Of a DNA stretch of 64,000 bases, positions 39,270-52,127 are shown in pieces (position 1 is the first letter of the stretch; the number at the start of each line of letters is the position of its first letter). This stretch comes from Felis catus (taxonomy: Eukaryota): positions 92,258,001 to 92,322,000 of the forward strand of contig NC_058368.1 of the NCBI RefSeq assembly GCF_018350175.1. Direction: 5' to 3'. The position numbers and the translations under genes are program-made. The notes under the pieces were generated by a model. That model was not told the origin of the DNA. It worked only from the letters and a program-made list of their open reading frames with translations, and made no database searches.

Positions 39270-39990
39270 GCCTACCAGACTCTACTCCACTTAGCCTTCC
39301 TAAACGTTACTTCCTTCCATTCTGTCTCCCCCACCATCCAAGGCAACACTAGCCTTCTAACGGTTCCCTTTTTTGAAGAAAATGTTTACTTATTTTGAGA
39401 GAGGGAGAGAGGGAGTGCATACACATGAACAGGAGAGGGGCAGAGATAGAGATAGGGAAAGAGAGAATCCAAAGCAGATTCCACGCTGCCAGCACCGAGC
39501 CCAATGTGGGGCTCGATCCCACAAATCATGAGATCATGAACTGAGCCCAAATCAAGAGGCAGATGCTCAACTGAGCCACCCAGGCATCCCCTTACTGTTC
39601 CTTAAGTAAGCTGAGCATTTAATTCCTGCTTTGGGGCCTCTGCAACTATTCTCTTTACTCCAAAGGCTCTCCACCCACCTTACCATGATCACACCCTCAC
39701 TCCATTTGGTCTCTGCTCAAATGTCACATACTCAGGGAAGTCTTCCCTGACCCCTTTCAGGGTCATTCATTCTAGTCATCTTACCCTTCACCTAGCTTAA
39801 TTTTTCTTCACAGCATCAAATTGCACTTGACATAAAATTATTTTTGATTGTTACTTTGTGTCATCCACTTGACTATGAGCTCCTAGAACAAGAACTGTGC
39901 CTTTTTAGGTACTGTGGCCATACTCCTTAGAATAGGGCTTGGACGATCATAGGTGCTGGGTACTAATGATTGACTGAATGGAGACATAGG
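39270..39990 (+). mobile_element. L2 3' end with a nested antisense SINE (39380-39591)
   Basis: TCTCTGCTCAAATGTCAC..GTCTTCCCTGACC and a TGACTGAATG terminus. Confidence 0.6.
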
Positions 39991-40687
39991 ACAGATGGTA
40001 AAATAGAGATGCAAAGTAGGGAAAGGATAATCTTGATCGGAGAAAGCAACGATAAAGACTTCATGGAGGGGGAAAAGCATTTGAGTTGGCTCTGGGAAGA
40101 TGGGTAATATGGACAAGCAGAAATGGAAAAGTTCGGGTAGAGGGATGTTTGTGGGACCTGCAGAGAAGTGAGTAGCCCATTGTGACAAGGGTTATGTTGT
40201 AGTCTGGTGACCCAGGCCATGTGGTCTTGGGGCTGCTTCATGCTGTGGTTCAGGTTCAGCTGATACGCAGTGTGTAACTATGAAATTCATACTCTAGGAA
40301 GATATTTCCACTGCTCATCAAATAATTCCTTACTAAACGGCACGCAAAGCACCGGTTTGTGGTTCCTGCTCATGGTCCAAGCTAATCTGCCTGCCTAACC
40401 ACCCGGGTTGTCGGTGGTTATCTATAGGATGTCTTAGTAGAATGGTTACCCTCCCTGCTAACTCTGTGTTCCTATAGGGTCCCAGCACGCTGCACAGGAG
40501 ACCAGTACTGGTAAGCCAGTGTTTAAAAGGGAGTGGGTGACATGATTTCTCAAGCCTGTGTCAAAGGTTCACACTCGAACAAAGCTTAGGTAAGTACTCT
40601 CAACACTGACCGTCAGAAGAGGTTTTAGGTGCTTGCATTTTTGGTATCTTTTCTTGATATTCAGTAGTGTATAGCTCTGCCTATTTA

Positions 40688-41135
40688 TTTAAATTAAAAA
40701 AATATTTATTTGGGGGGCACCTAGGTGGCTCAGTCGGTTGAGTGTCTGACTTTGGCTCAGGTCGTGATCTCTCGGTTCATGGGTTCGAATCCCATGATGG
40801 GCTCGGTGCTGACAGCTCAGAGTCTGGAGCCTGCTTCGGATTCTGTGTCTCACTCTCTCTCTGCCCCTCCCCTGCTCATGCTCTGTCTCTCTCACTCGCT
40901 CACTCGCTCAAAAATGAACATTAAAAATTTTTCAAAAATATTTATTTTGAGAGAGAGAGAGAGAGTGAGCAGAGGGGGAGGGGCAGAGAGAGAGGGAGGG
41001 AGAAAATCCCAAGCAGGCTTCACACTGTCAGCATAGAGCCCGACGTACGGCTGGATCTCATGAATTGTGACATCATGACCTGAGCCAAAATCAAGAGTGG
41101 GATGCTCAACTGACTGAGCTACTCAGACTCTCTGG
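40688..41135. mobile_element. Sense Can-SINE (40712-40933) nested in the tail of an antisense Can-SINE
   Basis: Inner TSD AAAAATATTTATTT (40698 and 40934); outer TSD GCTCTGCCTATTTA (40674 and 41136). Confidence 0.88.
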
Positions 41136-43639
41136 CTCTGCCTATTTAAATATACAATATTTAATCAAACTTTGATGAATATTCAATATTTTTTCCAGTA
41201 TTTAAATATTCATATTGGAGAAATTTCTGGAAAGATGATAAAATAAGAGCAAGTTTACCTTATTCCTGTCCCTGAAAACTATGGAAGTGAATAAAATGTA
41301 TCAAATATAGGAGGGCAATATCTATAATGAAACTAGGAAACAGCTAAATGCTATGTCACAGGTTAAAGAATATCTTCTAGATACAACATCATTTAAACCA
41401 AATTGAAGAGGGATACTTAGCTGACTGCTGTATCCTTGGATATTGGGAAGGGACAGATCTCAAAAATGGAATTTAGTGGATTCTAGTAATCTTTAACTTG
41501 ATGGATTAATCTCATGGGTGGATCAGGGAGAAATATGGAGACCTTGGCTGGGCACATTTCTATTCCAAAAGATGGCAAAGGAGATGACGTTGAAAGGGAT
41601 CATATGGCTACCCAATGTTGGTGACCTGCTCCCAGAATAAGATGACTTTCAGAGTGGCCAGGATCCTAAGAGAGCACCCTCACAGAACCAGTATGTTCCC
41701 ATAACAGCAGATCCCTCAGCTTCATAAGAAAATATTTTATATGAAGCCTAGGTTTCTATGGAAAGGAAAAAAAAATTAAGAAACCCAAAAACTAAGAGGA
41801 GAAAATGAAGGTTGTGGCAGAGAGATTCTAAAGCAAGGGGTTTTGACGTTAAACGATCAAAAAAGTCGTTGTGAAAATGTGATAACTGTCATTGCTCTTC
41901 TGTCTTGAGGAAATGTCTAATTCCTGGTTTGCACGTAGAGAAAGAGGGAGATTGGAAGAATTCTGGAGTCATTTGCTCACATGTGCCGTGGACTCTAATT
42001 CTGACTATTGTTTCCCTGTAACTCAAGTTAATGTTAGATCTTTGTGCATTAGTTCTTCACAACCTAATTTAACCTCTTACACCAAACAAGAAAAGGAATT
42101 GGTGAGGCAGATTTAGAGCTTTTCACAAGATTTCCGTGGCTTAGGTCTTTTCTGCTCTCTGTATCCTGACGTGACCAAGAATTGACCTGAAGTGAAAAGC
42201 ACATTGAAAATTTTCATTATTGGGGGATTTCTTTTTCTTCTTCTAGAATTTCTAACATGTGCAGGGTGCCACTTGTTCCTTACCATTATTTCCTGTAGAG
42301 TTTCTGTGGTCCAGAGATGAAGCATTAATTGATGGCTCTGCTGTCTACTTGTGCACTTGACTTGGGAGCAAGTTTCTTAATGTGTTTAGGATTTGCCTTT
42401 GTAAAACACAGGTCATATGCACCTTGTAAATTGTGGGGATTGAACAAGATACCATGGAAAACACCTGTTTCAGAGTCTGGGCGAGAGAGGACATTCCAAT
42501 AATGCACTGTTGTTTCTTATTCAATAATAGGAGCTCATAACTCATGAAATATGATAATGCCAAAAAGAACACTTCCTTCACTGAAGGGTTTTGTCCCTCC
42601 TAGGTAGTGGCCCACCCATGACATCTGTTACATTACTCTATATTCTTAAAATTAGCATAGCATAGCATTCTGCTGGACATTTTATGGATGGAAATAATTA
42701 GAAATTTTATTTTTGGTTCAGATAATGGCCTCTGAGCATATGGAAGCCTCCTAATTCATTGGCAACAAGTTCATAAACTCTGTTGGATCTGCAGCTGTGA
42801 ACCTCCAGGACCCATCCTCTGGGTATTTTTAACAGATTTTTATTTGGCGATAATTAATAAATTAATAATTGGTGCTAAGAGAATTTTATTTATCATGCAA
42901 GGAGAAGCAGACATGACAAGTAAGAAACGCCTGTTTCTATATGGGACATTGCTATTAGAACAAAGGGAAAGCTTGAAGAGTGTCTTGACCTTGGCTGACA
43001 TGCTAGCATGGTAGATTACTTACCCTCCACTCCCTTGTGAGATGAGTCAAATGAGTGTCCATTTTTAAACACTGATCACTGATGCAATGGAAGTCATCGG
43101 ACTTTGTTGGAATAGTGGTATGGTGGGAACTCTTGAATTATTAACGATTAGTGCTGAAGTATTACATTCATATGGAATACATCTGCAGCTTTTTAAGGAA
43201 AAGTGATGCACATACTGTCTGAAAAACTATTGATGCAGAAAGTCAGATTCTTCTACCTAATTGCTCTCCTTTACTGAGCAAGAGCTCTGTGTCCAGTCTC
43301 GTCATCATTCTCCATGAGCACCTATGTTCAATATGTTTGTAGGCACCCAAAAAGAAGAGCTCAGAATCTATACGGTGCTCTTTAAGGAGTTCTCTCGAGT
43401 TGTTTTGAGTTAAATGTATTATTATTATTTTTATTATTAGTATTAGTGTTATTTAATGTCCAGGGACTGGGAATAGTTGTATATCAGAGGTTATAGGTTA
43501 TAGAGCTCTTCAGATAGAGTCCTTACCTGGGAATGAGACTGTCCCAGTTAGAATAGTGCCTGTGACTTCATTAGTTTCTCCAGGAACTGGAGAAAGGAAT
43601 AAGAAAGATGCACGAAGTAACTATTGTTTTTGTGCCTTT

Positions 43640-43715
43640 TCTTTTCTTTCCTTCCTTCCTTCCTTCCTTCCTTCCTTTCTTTCTTTCTTTCCTTCCTTCT
43701 GTTTCTTTTTTCTTT
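43640..43715 (+). repeat. (CTTC)n/(CTTT)n simple repeat
   Basis: Read directly from sequence. Confidence 0.9.
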
Positions 43716-43760
43716 CTTAAACGATAAACTCCTGTGTGTGATCTGAAGCCACATGACAGC

Positions 43761-45099
43761 TTTTTTTTTTAATGTTTATTTATTTTTGAGAGGGGGGGAG
43801 AGACAGAGCATGAGCAGGGGAGGGGCAGAGAGAGAGGGAGAAACAGAATCTGAAGCAGGCTCCAGGCTCTGAGCTGTCAGCACAGAGCCTGACGGGAGGC
43901 GGGGAGGAGGGGGGGGGGGGCGCTTGAACCCATGAGTTGTGAGATCATGACCTGAGCTGAAGTCAGAGGCTTAACCAACTGAGCCACCCAGGAGCCCCTG
44001 AAGCCACGTGAAAGGCTTTTAAGGTCCACACTGTCCACTCAACACTTCCACAGGATGTCTCCAAGGAAAGCTAAACCACCATGTCTAAAACTCTACCAAG
44101 CTTACTCTTGGGACACCCCCCCCCCAACCCCCCCCATCACATTCCCCTTTTTGGGTTTCCTAACTCAGCGAAAGGTACCACAATTCCCCCAGATGTGCAT
44201 GTCAGGAATTGGGCATTGTTCTTCATCCAGATACATCCTTTGGCTTCAACTTCCCCAACCACAACTGACCATTTTACTTCTTCATATCTTCCAGATCAAT
44301 CTGTGTCTCTCCCCTTTCATTGCCACTGCCCTAGATGAGCCATTAGCATATCTCACCTGGAGTGCCTTTGGGGCCATGTAATGGGTCTCTCCTTTCCACT
44401 TTTCCCTGCCAGTGTGTTCTCTGTAACTCAGGTAACCATTTAAAACCCAACTGGATCACGTCACTAACCTATTTTAAATCTTTGCAGTTGGGATAAAGCC
44501 TGTCTGATCTGGACCCTGCTTCTCTCTCCAGGTTCGTCTGCTTGCTACATACTGTCTTCTTAGAATCCTTCAGCCCTGTCGTGCTCCTTCCAAAAGCAAG
44601 GATCTCATCTCAGTTAACTCCTTTGGACCTCAGAGCAAAAGTTACTCCTGGGAAGATCTCAGACACTTCAGGCTTGGTCAGATCTCCATTATGTGCTTTT
44701 ATTGCACCAGGTACTTTTCCCCTGGACATTTATTACACATGTTCATTGAGGGATTGCTTGCTCATTATTGTTTGTGCAGGTACCTTATTAGGTCATCATT
44801 GTGACATGCTGCTTGGGACATTGTAGCTTTCTCTTTCTTTTTACATTAATTCCTTAGCTCCATTCATGACTCTTTTCTTTATTTTTCTTTTTTGAGAGAG
44901 AGAAAAGAGAGAGAGAGAGAGACAGAATGTGAGTGTGTGCGAGTGGGGGAGGGATAGACAAAGAGGGACAGAGAATCCCAAGCAGACTCCACATCCAGCT
45001 TGGAGCCTGATGCAGGTCTCGATCCCATGACCGTGAGATCATGACCTGAGATGAAATCAAGAGTTGGATGTTTAACCGACAGAGCCACCCAGGCGCCCC
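43761..45099. mobile_element. Antisense SINEs (43761-43998, 44870-45099) flanking an L2 fragment (~44020-44770)
   Basis: SINE bodies; L2-like pyrimidine-rich motifs between them. Confidence 0.75.
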
Positions 45100-46225
45100 A
45101 TGGCTCTTTTCTACGTGACATCTTCAGGGTTGCTTTGGAGGGGGAAGCAAGAGCCTATGATAATCAGCCATCTTGTCAGGATTTCCATTCCCTATAATTT
45201 TTCACAAATAGTATTTTAGTGGCATCTGTAATCGTGATGATGTGCTACAATATGAAATATTCAGTAAGGCGGGGAAAACTAAACTATAGTATTGAGGATC
45301 ATACACAGCTAGTAAAGTTATAAGAAAATCAATAAAGTGGTTGCCATAGAAGTCAAGATAGATCTTATCTTCGTGGGAAGAAAAGGGATTGTAACTGGGA
45401 AGGGACAGGGTGGGGCTTTGGACATAAGGCAATTATTTATTTCTTGACATGGATGGTCATCAGGAGGAGCTACATAAATTGTGGAGTCTATACAACATGG
45501 AAATGTGGGGTCCCTTGTTTTTAAGATTATTAGAAATATCAAGACAGTGACACTAGGTCATCAGACCAAGCATGGAGCCCCTCTAAGTGGGAGTCCCTGT
45601 GTAACTGCGCCCCCATGAAATCAGCCTTGGGGGTGATTGTATGAATATTCACTCTGCAATAATTTGTTAAACTATATATTTATGTTTTATGTATTTTCCT
45701 CTGTTTTCATGTTTCACAATGAAAGAGATGAAGATAATAGAATAGAATGAGAACTCAAAAATATAAAAACATAAATTAGAACCCTATATAATTACTTTGA
45801 GGAACTGCCACTGATTAAGAAAAGGAACAAAAAGTAAAGAGATGTGAATAAAGAGATATTAGCATCTGTATAAAAATAGAAAGCTTCAAAGGAGAAGAAA
45901 AAAATAAACAGAGAAGTAAATATTTTATGGAATAATGACTGACAACTTTCCAGAATGAGCGAAAGTAGAAAGAATTCATAGAGTACAGAATAGGAAAAGT
46001 AAGAAGAAACCTACACCTACATATGCTATCATAAAATTTAAGAACTAAAAAGCAGTTAAAATTCTGAAAGCTTCCAGGAAGAAAGAACAGATAACTCATA
46101 AAGGAACAAGAATAAAATTGATGCTTACTTCTCTTCCATGACATGGAATGCAAGAACATAATGGAGAAGTAGTTTTAAAGTGTTAAAGGAAAAATCCTTT
46201 AACTTTAGATTCTTACTTTTAGCTA

Positions 46226-46500
46226 AGCTGGTAGTTTTAAAATGTTTTGATATTGGAACTCCTTAACATTCTTAAAAATCATTGAGGACCCAAAAGACAT
46301 GTCATTTATATGGATTATATCTATCAATCTATCAATATTTAATGTAGTCAATATTAAAAGTGAGAAAAGAATTATATTACTTCATTGAAAAAGCACTAGT
46401 TACATTTTAACACAAATAGCATACTTTTAATGAAAAAGAACTACATATTTTGAAACAAAATGCAATTAGTAAGAGGAATGGTCTTGTAGTTACCTGACCT
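46226..46500 (+). mobile_element. Charlie1-like hAT DNA transposon fragment
   Basis: CATTCTTAAAAATCATTGAGGACCCAAAAGA..TATGGATTATATCTATCAAT motif. Confidence 0.55.
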
Positions 46501-46681
46501 GACTCCAAACTATGGGAAAGGCTCTATCTCCAAGGTGTTTGTCAAGAACAATAAGCAGCAATTGTTTGACATCTGGGCTGCTTTAAGCTGTGATACCAGC
46601 TGGGACAAACAAGCCTGGCCGAAACTTAGAAGGAAAATTTGGGAAAGAAGATATACACAGCAGGCTTTGAAAAGCTTTGAC

Positions 46682-48074
46682 CTTGGCACAAAAACAGACA
46701 CATAGACCAATGGAATAGAATAGAACCCCCAGAACTAGACCCACAAACGTATGGCCAACTCATCTTTGACAAAGCAGGAAAGAACATCCAATGGAAAAAA
46801 GACAGCCTCTTTAACAAATGGTGCTGGGAGAACTGGACAGCAACATGCAGAAGGTTGAAACTAGACCACTTTCTCACACCATTCACAAAAATAAACTCAA
46901 AATGGATAAAAGACCTAAATGTGAGACAGGAAACCATCAAAACCTTAGAGGAGAAAGCAGGAAAAGACCTCTCTGACCTCAGCCGTAGCAATCTCTTACT
47001 CGACACATCCCCAAAGGCAAGGGAATTAAAAGCAAAAGTGAATTACTGGGACCTTATGAAGATAAAAAGCTTCTGCACAGCAAAGGAAACAACCAACAAA
47101 ACTAAAAGGCAACCAACGGAATGGGAAAAGATATTCGCAAATGACATATCAAAGGGCTAGTATCCAAAATCTATAAAGAGCTCACCAAACTCTACACCCG
47201 AAAAACAAATAACCCAGTGAAGAAATGGGCAGAAAACATGAATAGACACTTCTCTAAAGACATCCGGATGGCCAACAGGCACATGAAAAGATGTTCAGCG
47301 TCGCTCCTTATCAGGGAAATACAAATCAAAACCACACTCAGATATCACCTCACGCCAGTCAGAGTGGCCAAAATGAACAACTCAGGAGACTATAGATGCT
47401 GGAGAGGATGTGGAGAAACGGGAACCCTCTTGCACTGTTGGTGGGAATGCAAATTGGTGCAGCCGCTCTGGAAAGCAGTGTGGAGGTTCCTCAGAAAATT
47501 AAAAATAGACCTACCCTATGACCCAGCAATAGCACTGCTAGGAATTTATCCAAGGGATACAGGAGTACTGATGCATAGGGCCACTTGTACCCCAATGTTC
47601 ATAGCAGCACTCTCAACAATAGCCAAATTATGGAAAGAGCCTAAATGTCCATCAACTGATGAATGGATAAAGAAATTGTGGTTTACATACACAATGGAAT
47701 ATTACGTGGCAATGAGAAAAAATGAAATATGGCCTTTTGTAGCAACGTGGATGGAACTGGAGAGTGTGATGCTAAGTGAAATAAGCCATACAGAGAAAGA
47801 CAGATACCATATGGTTTCACTGTTATGTGGATCCTGAGAAACTTAACAGGAACCCATGGGGGAGGGGAAGGGAAGGAAAAAAAAAAAAAGAGGTTAGAGT
47901 GGGAGAGAGCCAAAGCATAAGAGACTGTTAAAAACTGAGAACAAACTGAGGGTTGATGGGGGGTGGGAGGGAGGAGAGGGTGGGTGATGGGTATTGAGGA
48001 GGGCACCTTTTGGGATGAGCACTGGGTGTTGTATGGAAACCAATTTGTCAATAAATTTCATATAAAAAAAAAAA
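46682..48074 (+). mobile_element. Young 5'-truncated felid L1 (ORF2 C-terminus, 3' UTR, poly(A))
   Basis: ORFs 46855..47160 and 47217..47837 encode the ORF2 C-terminus ([13 protein letters not shown]); perfect TSD GAAAAGCTTTGAC at 46669-46681 and 48075-48087. Confidence 0.95.
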
Positions 48075-48364
48075 GAAAAGCTTTGACTTATTCCTGGGAA
48101 TCTAGAAAGCCATCTGCCAGGCTGTGAGCATACCCAGAAAAGACCTGAGAAGGCCTCAACCCCTGGTTGACCTTGAGGCCCTGGGCAAGCAGAAGGTGAA
48201 GGCTAAGACAGAATTGTAATGTTTTGAGCATTGAACGTGTGCTCCAGCCCAAACCCAGAGTCTCTCACCAAAGCTTTCAATCTCCTCATAAAATGGTTCT
48301 GAGAGGGGGAGACACAGTTGGGGGCTAAAGAAAGATGTCTTACACCTAGAAAATTAGTGTTCTT

Positions 48365-48572
48365 GGGGCGCCTGGGTGGCTCAGTCGGTTAAGCGTCTGA
48401 CTTCAGCTCAAGTCATAATCTTGTGGTCCATGAGTTCGAGCCCCGCATTGGGCTCTGTACTGACAGCTCAGAGCCTGGAGCCTACTTCGGATTCTGTGTC
48501 TCCCTCTCTCTCTGCCCCTCCCCCACTCATGCTCTGTCTCTGTCTCTCAAAAATGAATGTTAAAAAAAAAAA
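48365..48572 (+). mobile_element. Can-SINE
   Basis: TSD AGAAAATTAGTGTTCTT at 48348-48364 and 48573-48589. Confidence 0.93.
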
Positions 48573-49013
48573 AGAAAATTAGTGTTCTTTTGGTGACCAA
48601 GAGAGAGGGTATGAACATATTCAGACATTTCTGTCTTCTCTACAGATCCTGCTCAAGTAGTAGTTTCATTGCAGTTTTTCTCTTCTCTGCCTACACATTG
48701 TCTAGGGTGGTTCTAGAGCCTTCTGAAATAAGAATGCAGATAATAAGAGGATACCGGGTTATCTCACAAGGAATACCCTAGCATGAGGCTTCATTCCCAC
48801 TAAACATAAAAGTCAGGAAACAAAAACAAACAAAGGAAAGAAACCACCTATTTGGTTTTAAAGAATAAAAATGGCTCTGAGGTGGAGTAGAATCTAGGAC
48901 AACAGTGTTTTAGAGAAATCAAGAAAAATAAATAATGCTGAAAGCACACAGGAAATGAAGCCTAGGCTTACTGCTCCAAGCAAAAAGCCTACATCAAAAA
49001 TAAAATCTTTCTT

Positions 49014-49190
49014 GGGGCAAGTGGGTGGCTCAGTCATTTGAGTGTCCAACTCTTGGTTTTGCCTCAGGTCATGATCTCACAGTCGTGGATTCAAGCCCTG
49101 CTTGGGATTCTCTCTCTCCGTCTCCTTCTGCCCCTCCCCAGCTGGCACTTGCCCTCTCTCTCTGTCTCTCTCTCTCAAACAATAACAGTG
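49014..49190 (+). mobile_element. Can-SINE, internally deleted
   Basis: SINE head and (CT)n region. Confidence 0.8.
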
Positions 49191-50235
49191 AAAACAACAA
49201 AACTTTCAGGTGGTTCAAGTGATGTAAGAAGCATGCCATTAGCGAACAAGTTATAAATAAGGAGGACTCCAATATCTACTGAGGAACCTTTTCCCATTTA
49301 GGCTTGTAAAACCAAGCTCTGTCATGTAAGGGTTTATCCTTTGAAAAAACAAGCCAGTATCAATACGGTTGTCTTGGTCTGGCAATTTTCTTTCACTCTT
49401 GAGAGTGCAGACGGTGTGCAAGGAGGCTGCAGCTGTCTCCCTAAATCCACAAGATAAGTGAGTCATGTCTTCATGGGGTCTACTGTACCCTTTAAGCATT
49501 TTTAATCCTATTATGGACAGGACTGGGGAGGGGGGGGCAGTGGATTCATGTGATTTTTTCGTCCTGTTGCTCTTTCTTAGACTTGTCTCATTCCTGAAGC
49601 ATAACTATTTTTGGAGGTTAGGAGAGAGAGTTGAGCTGAACCCTCTAGGTTTTTTCTTTCTGCGAAGTGGTAGGTGAAGGAGCCCTGTTGCGTGCCTTCC
49701 TTCCCACACCCAGGAGTTACATGTATTGGAGACTGAAGCAACCAACAGACAACTTAACATTGCCATTCAACACCGCCATCAAGTGTCGACACAGAAATGG
49801 CTTTAGAACTGGTTGGATGAAAGACGATATTACTGTTTTTCAAATTCAACCAGGCGCCGACATGGTACCAGACACTGAGCTAGGTGCTTACACATCTATT
49901 ATTTCATTTTATTCTTAGCATCATTATTTCCTCCAGAGCTCCAATGGGAAATTAAGTGATACTGTAAGCCATTCGTGGGTGAAATTGCTGCCAAATGCTT
50001 AGAGAAAATTCAGAGCTTTAATGAATGGTTTAATTCAAGCCTGAGCTGAGCCAATCCCAAGTGCCCTCCTATTTCCTGTTCATATGGTATTGTTTTCGCC
50101 TCTTTCCTTGAATCTCCCACAAAAGGTCTCAGGTTTGAGACTCTGTCACTGTGAGCCCTGGAACACACAGATTTGAAATGAACAAATTCTGCAAGGACAC
50201 CAGGACTGACCTATTCTTGTCAAAAAGTCTATTTA

Positions 50236-50237
<2 letters not shown>

Positions 50238-50287
<50 letters not shown>
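50238..50287 (+). repeat. A50 homopolymer
   Basis: Read directly from sequence. Confidence 0.95.
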
Positions 50288-50290
<3 letters not shown>

Positions 50291-50406
50291 ATTACATTGA
50301 TCCAGCTAAAAGTTTTTATCCAATAACTTCTTTTGAGATTTCCGACCTGTTTTTAAAACCCCCAAGAAAGAAGAACCAGATGTGTGCCTGCCTGCAATGA
50401 GATTTT

Positions 50407-50638
50407 TAATTTTTTTTAATGTTTATTTATTTTTGACAGACAGAGAGAGAGAGAGAGAGAGAGAGACAGAGCATAAGTGGGGGAGGGGCAGAGAGGGAGG
50501 GAGACACAGAATCCGAAACAGGCTCCAGGCTTTGAGCTGTCAGCACAGAGACTGATGCGGGGCTTGAACTAACGAACTGTGAGATCATGACCTGAGCCAA
50601 AGTCAGACACTCAACCGACTAAGCCACCCAGGCACCCT
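50407..50638 (-). mobile_element. Can-SINE
   Basis: TSD TGCAATGAGATTTT at 50393 and 50639. Confidence 0.92.
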
Positions 50639-50999
50639 TGCAATGAGATTTTATGACAAGTGGGGAAGTGCATCCCTGAAGCTTAACTTGGAGTCCTCCA
50701 CACAGATGAGTGGTTGACAGAGGGGCCAGGATGAAGACCAGGCACATAGGGCTGTCAGGATGAAAGGACCTCAACATGTTTCTAGTCACATTCCAACTCC
50801 TGATAGAAGGTACTTTCTAAAGGCCACAGATGGGTTTACTGCCTCAGTTTGTAACCCTTACTCCAACTCGTGTTGAAGGCATTTGGACTCAGAGGTAATA
50901 TGGTACTTCCAAGCAGGTTAGGGTCCACACCGGCGGGGCGGGGCGGCGGGGACATTCATGTGGTCTTGTGCAAGGTCAGAAAGAAGAGCAACTAGAGTA

Positions 51000-51605
51000 C
51001 AATAAAACCTTGGATAGCGAGTAGCTTGTTCTGGGAGTGTTCTGCAAGACGAGCAAACATTTCTAACAAATTTTAACTTGATAAACGAGCGATGTCCTGT
51101 AATAGGAGTCGTACGTGACACTGAATGTCACATGATCACAACTGAGCCAATGGTTCTTTTCTCTCTCACTGCAGGATTGTGGGTGATTATCAGTGTAATG
51201 TCACATTTCCTTGACGTCCTTAAAAGGAGGCAAAAGCAAGTGTCATTGGATACGTCCCTTGTTACAGTTGCATGAAAAGAAAAAGATTCCATTGAGCCAA
51301 AAGATAGCAGTGATTCCGTTAGTGATCATGAAAGTCGTCCTCCATAATAACCTCCCTCACACCAGCCACAAAAGTTTGCAAAGGTAGGTACAGATTAGTT
51401 TATTTTTTTATAGTTTGTATTTTCTTTATTATTTTGTATTATATTACAGTACTGTAATCATTTTTATGTGAATACTTTTGGGTTGCGGAATGAATCACAT
51501 GAGTTTCCATTATTTCTTATGGGGAAATTCACATTTATATACAAGTGCTTTGGATTACAGGCATGTTTCCGGAAGGAATTATGCTCACAAACCAAGATTT
51601 TACTG
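51000..51605. mobile_element. Carnivore Tigger-family non-autonomous DNA transposon
   Basis: Terminal inverted repeats CAATAAAACCTTGG / CCAAGATTTTACTG with TA duplications at 50998-50999 and 51606-51607. Confidence 0.85.
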
Positions 51606-52093
51606 TATTCTCTAACTTCCCCATCAGGACCCTTCACTTCGCTTCCTCAGTCAAGAGCTAGGGTGAGGCCCTGGAGGTCCTGGCTGTCCTCCCTCCCTGT
51701 CTCACACTGTTTCAAACTGTTCTGAAACTTTAATGCATGTTCAGAGTGATACCTGTCATTGCCGGGCTGATTTCTGAGCAGGCAAAGAGCCCTTTGGGTT
51801 CAGCTGTCACCAAGAGTGGTAGCTGTCACCTGGGGCAAGCAGGGACGTGTCAGAAAGGGGCCAAGATGCTTTAGCCTGAGAGACAGAAGTCCTGGGGTCC
51901 TCCTCTGCCTCCTCTAATCCAATGTGAGGAGGGTGCCCCTGAGGCAGAGGAAGTGGGTTTACAGCAGGTGAAAGTGTGCTTTCCAGGACTGGGACCTTAA
52001 AAAGAAAATCAAATCCTCAATCGTACATAAGCAAGTACAAGAGCATATTTGAGGAACATTTTATATTCAGAACAAGGACACAGTTCTAGGAGG

Positions 52094-52094
<1 letters not shown>

Positions 52095-52124
<30 letters not shown>
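52095..52124 (+). repeat. (GT)n microsatellite at the tail of an antisense L1
   Basis: Read directly from sequence. Confidence 0.9.

Positions 52125-52127
<3 letters not shown>

Noticed and set aside
42600..43300. Unique-looking intergenic stretch as a possible exon or pseudogene
   Set aside because: No ORF of 60 aa or more, no recognisable homology and no convincing splice-site pair
47217..47837. 206-aa ORF as a protein-coding gene
   Set aside because: C-terminal fragment of a 5'-truncated L1 ORF2 with no promoter, endonuclease or RT core
50931..50951. Sp1-type GC box as a promoter
   Set aside because: Isolated ~20-bp GC run with no CpG island or downstream exon
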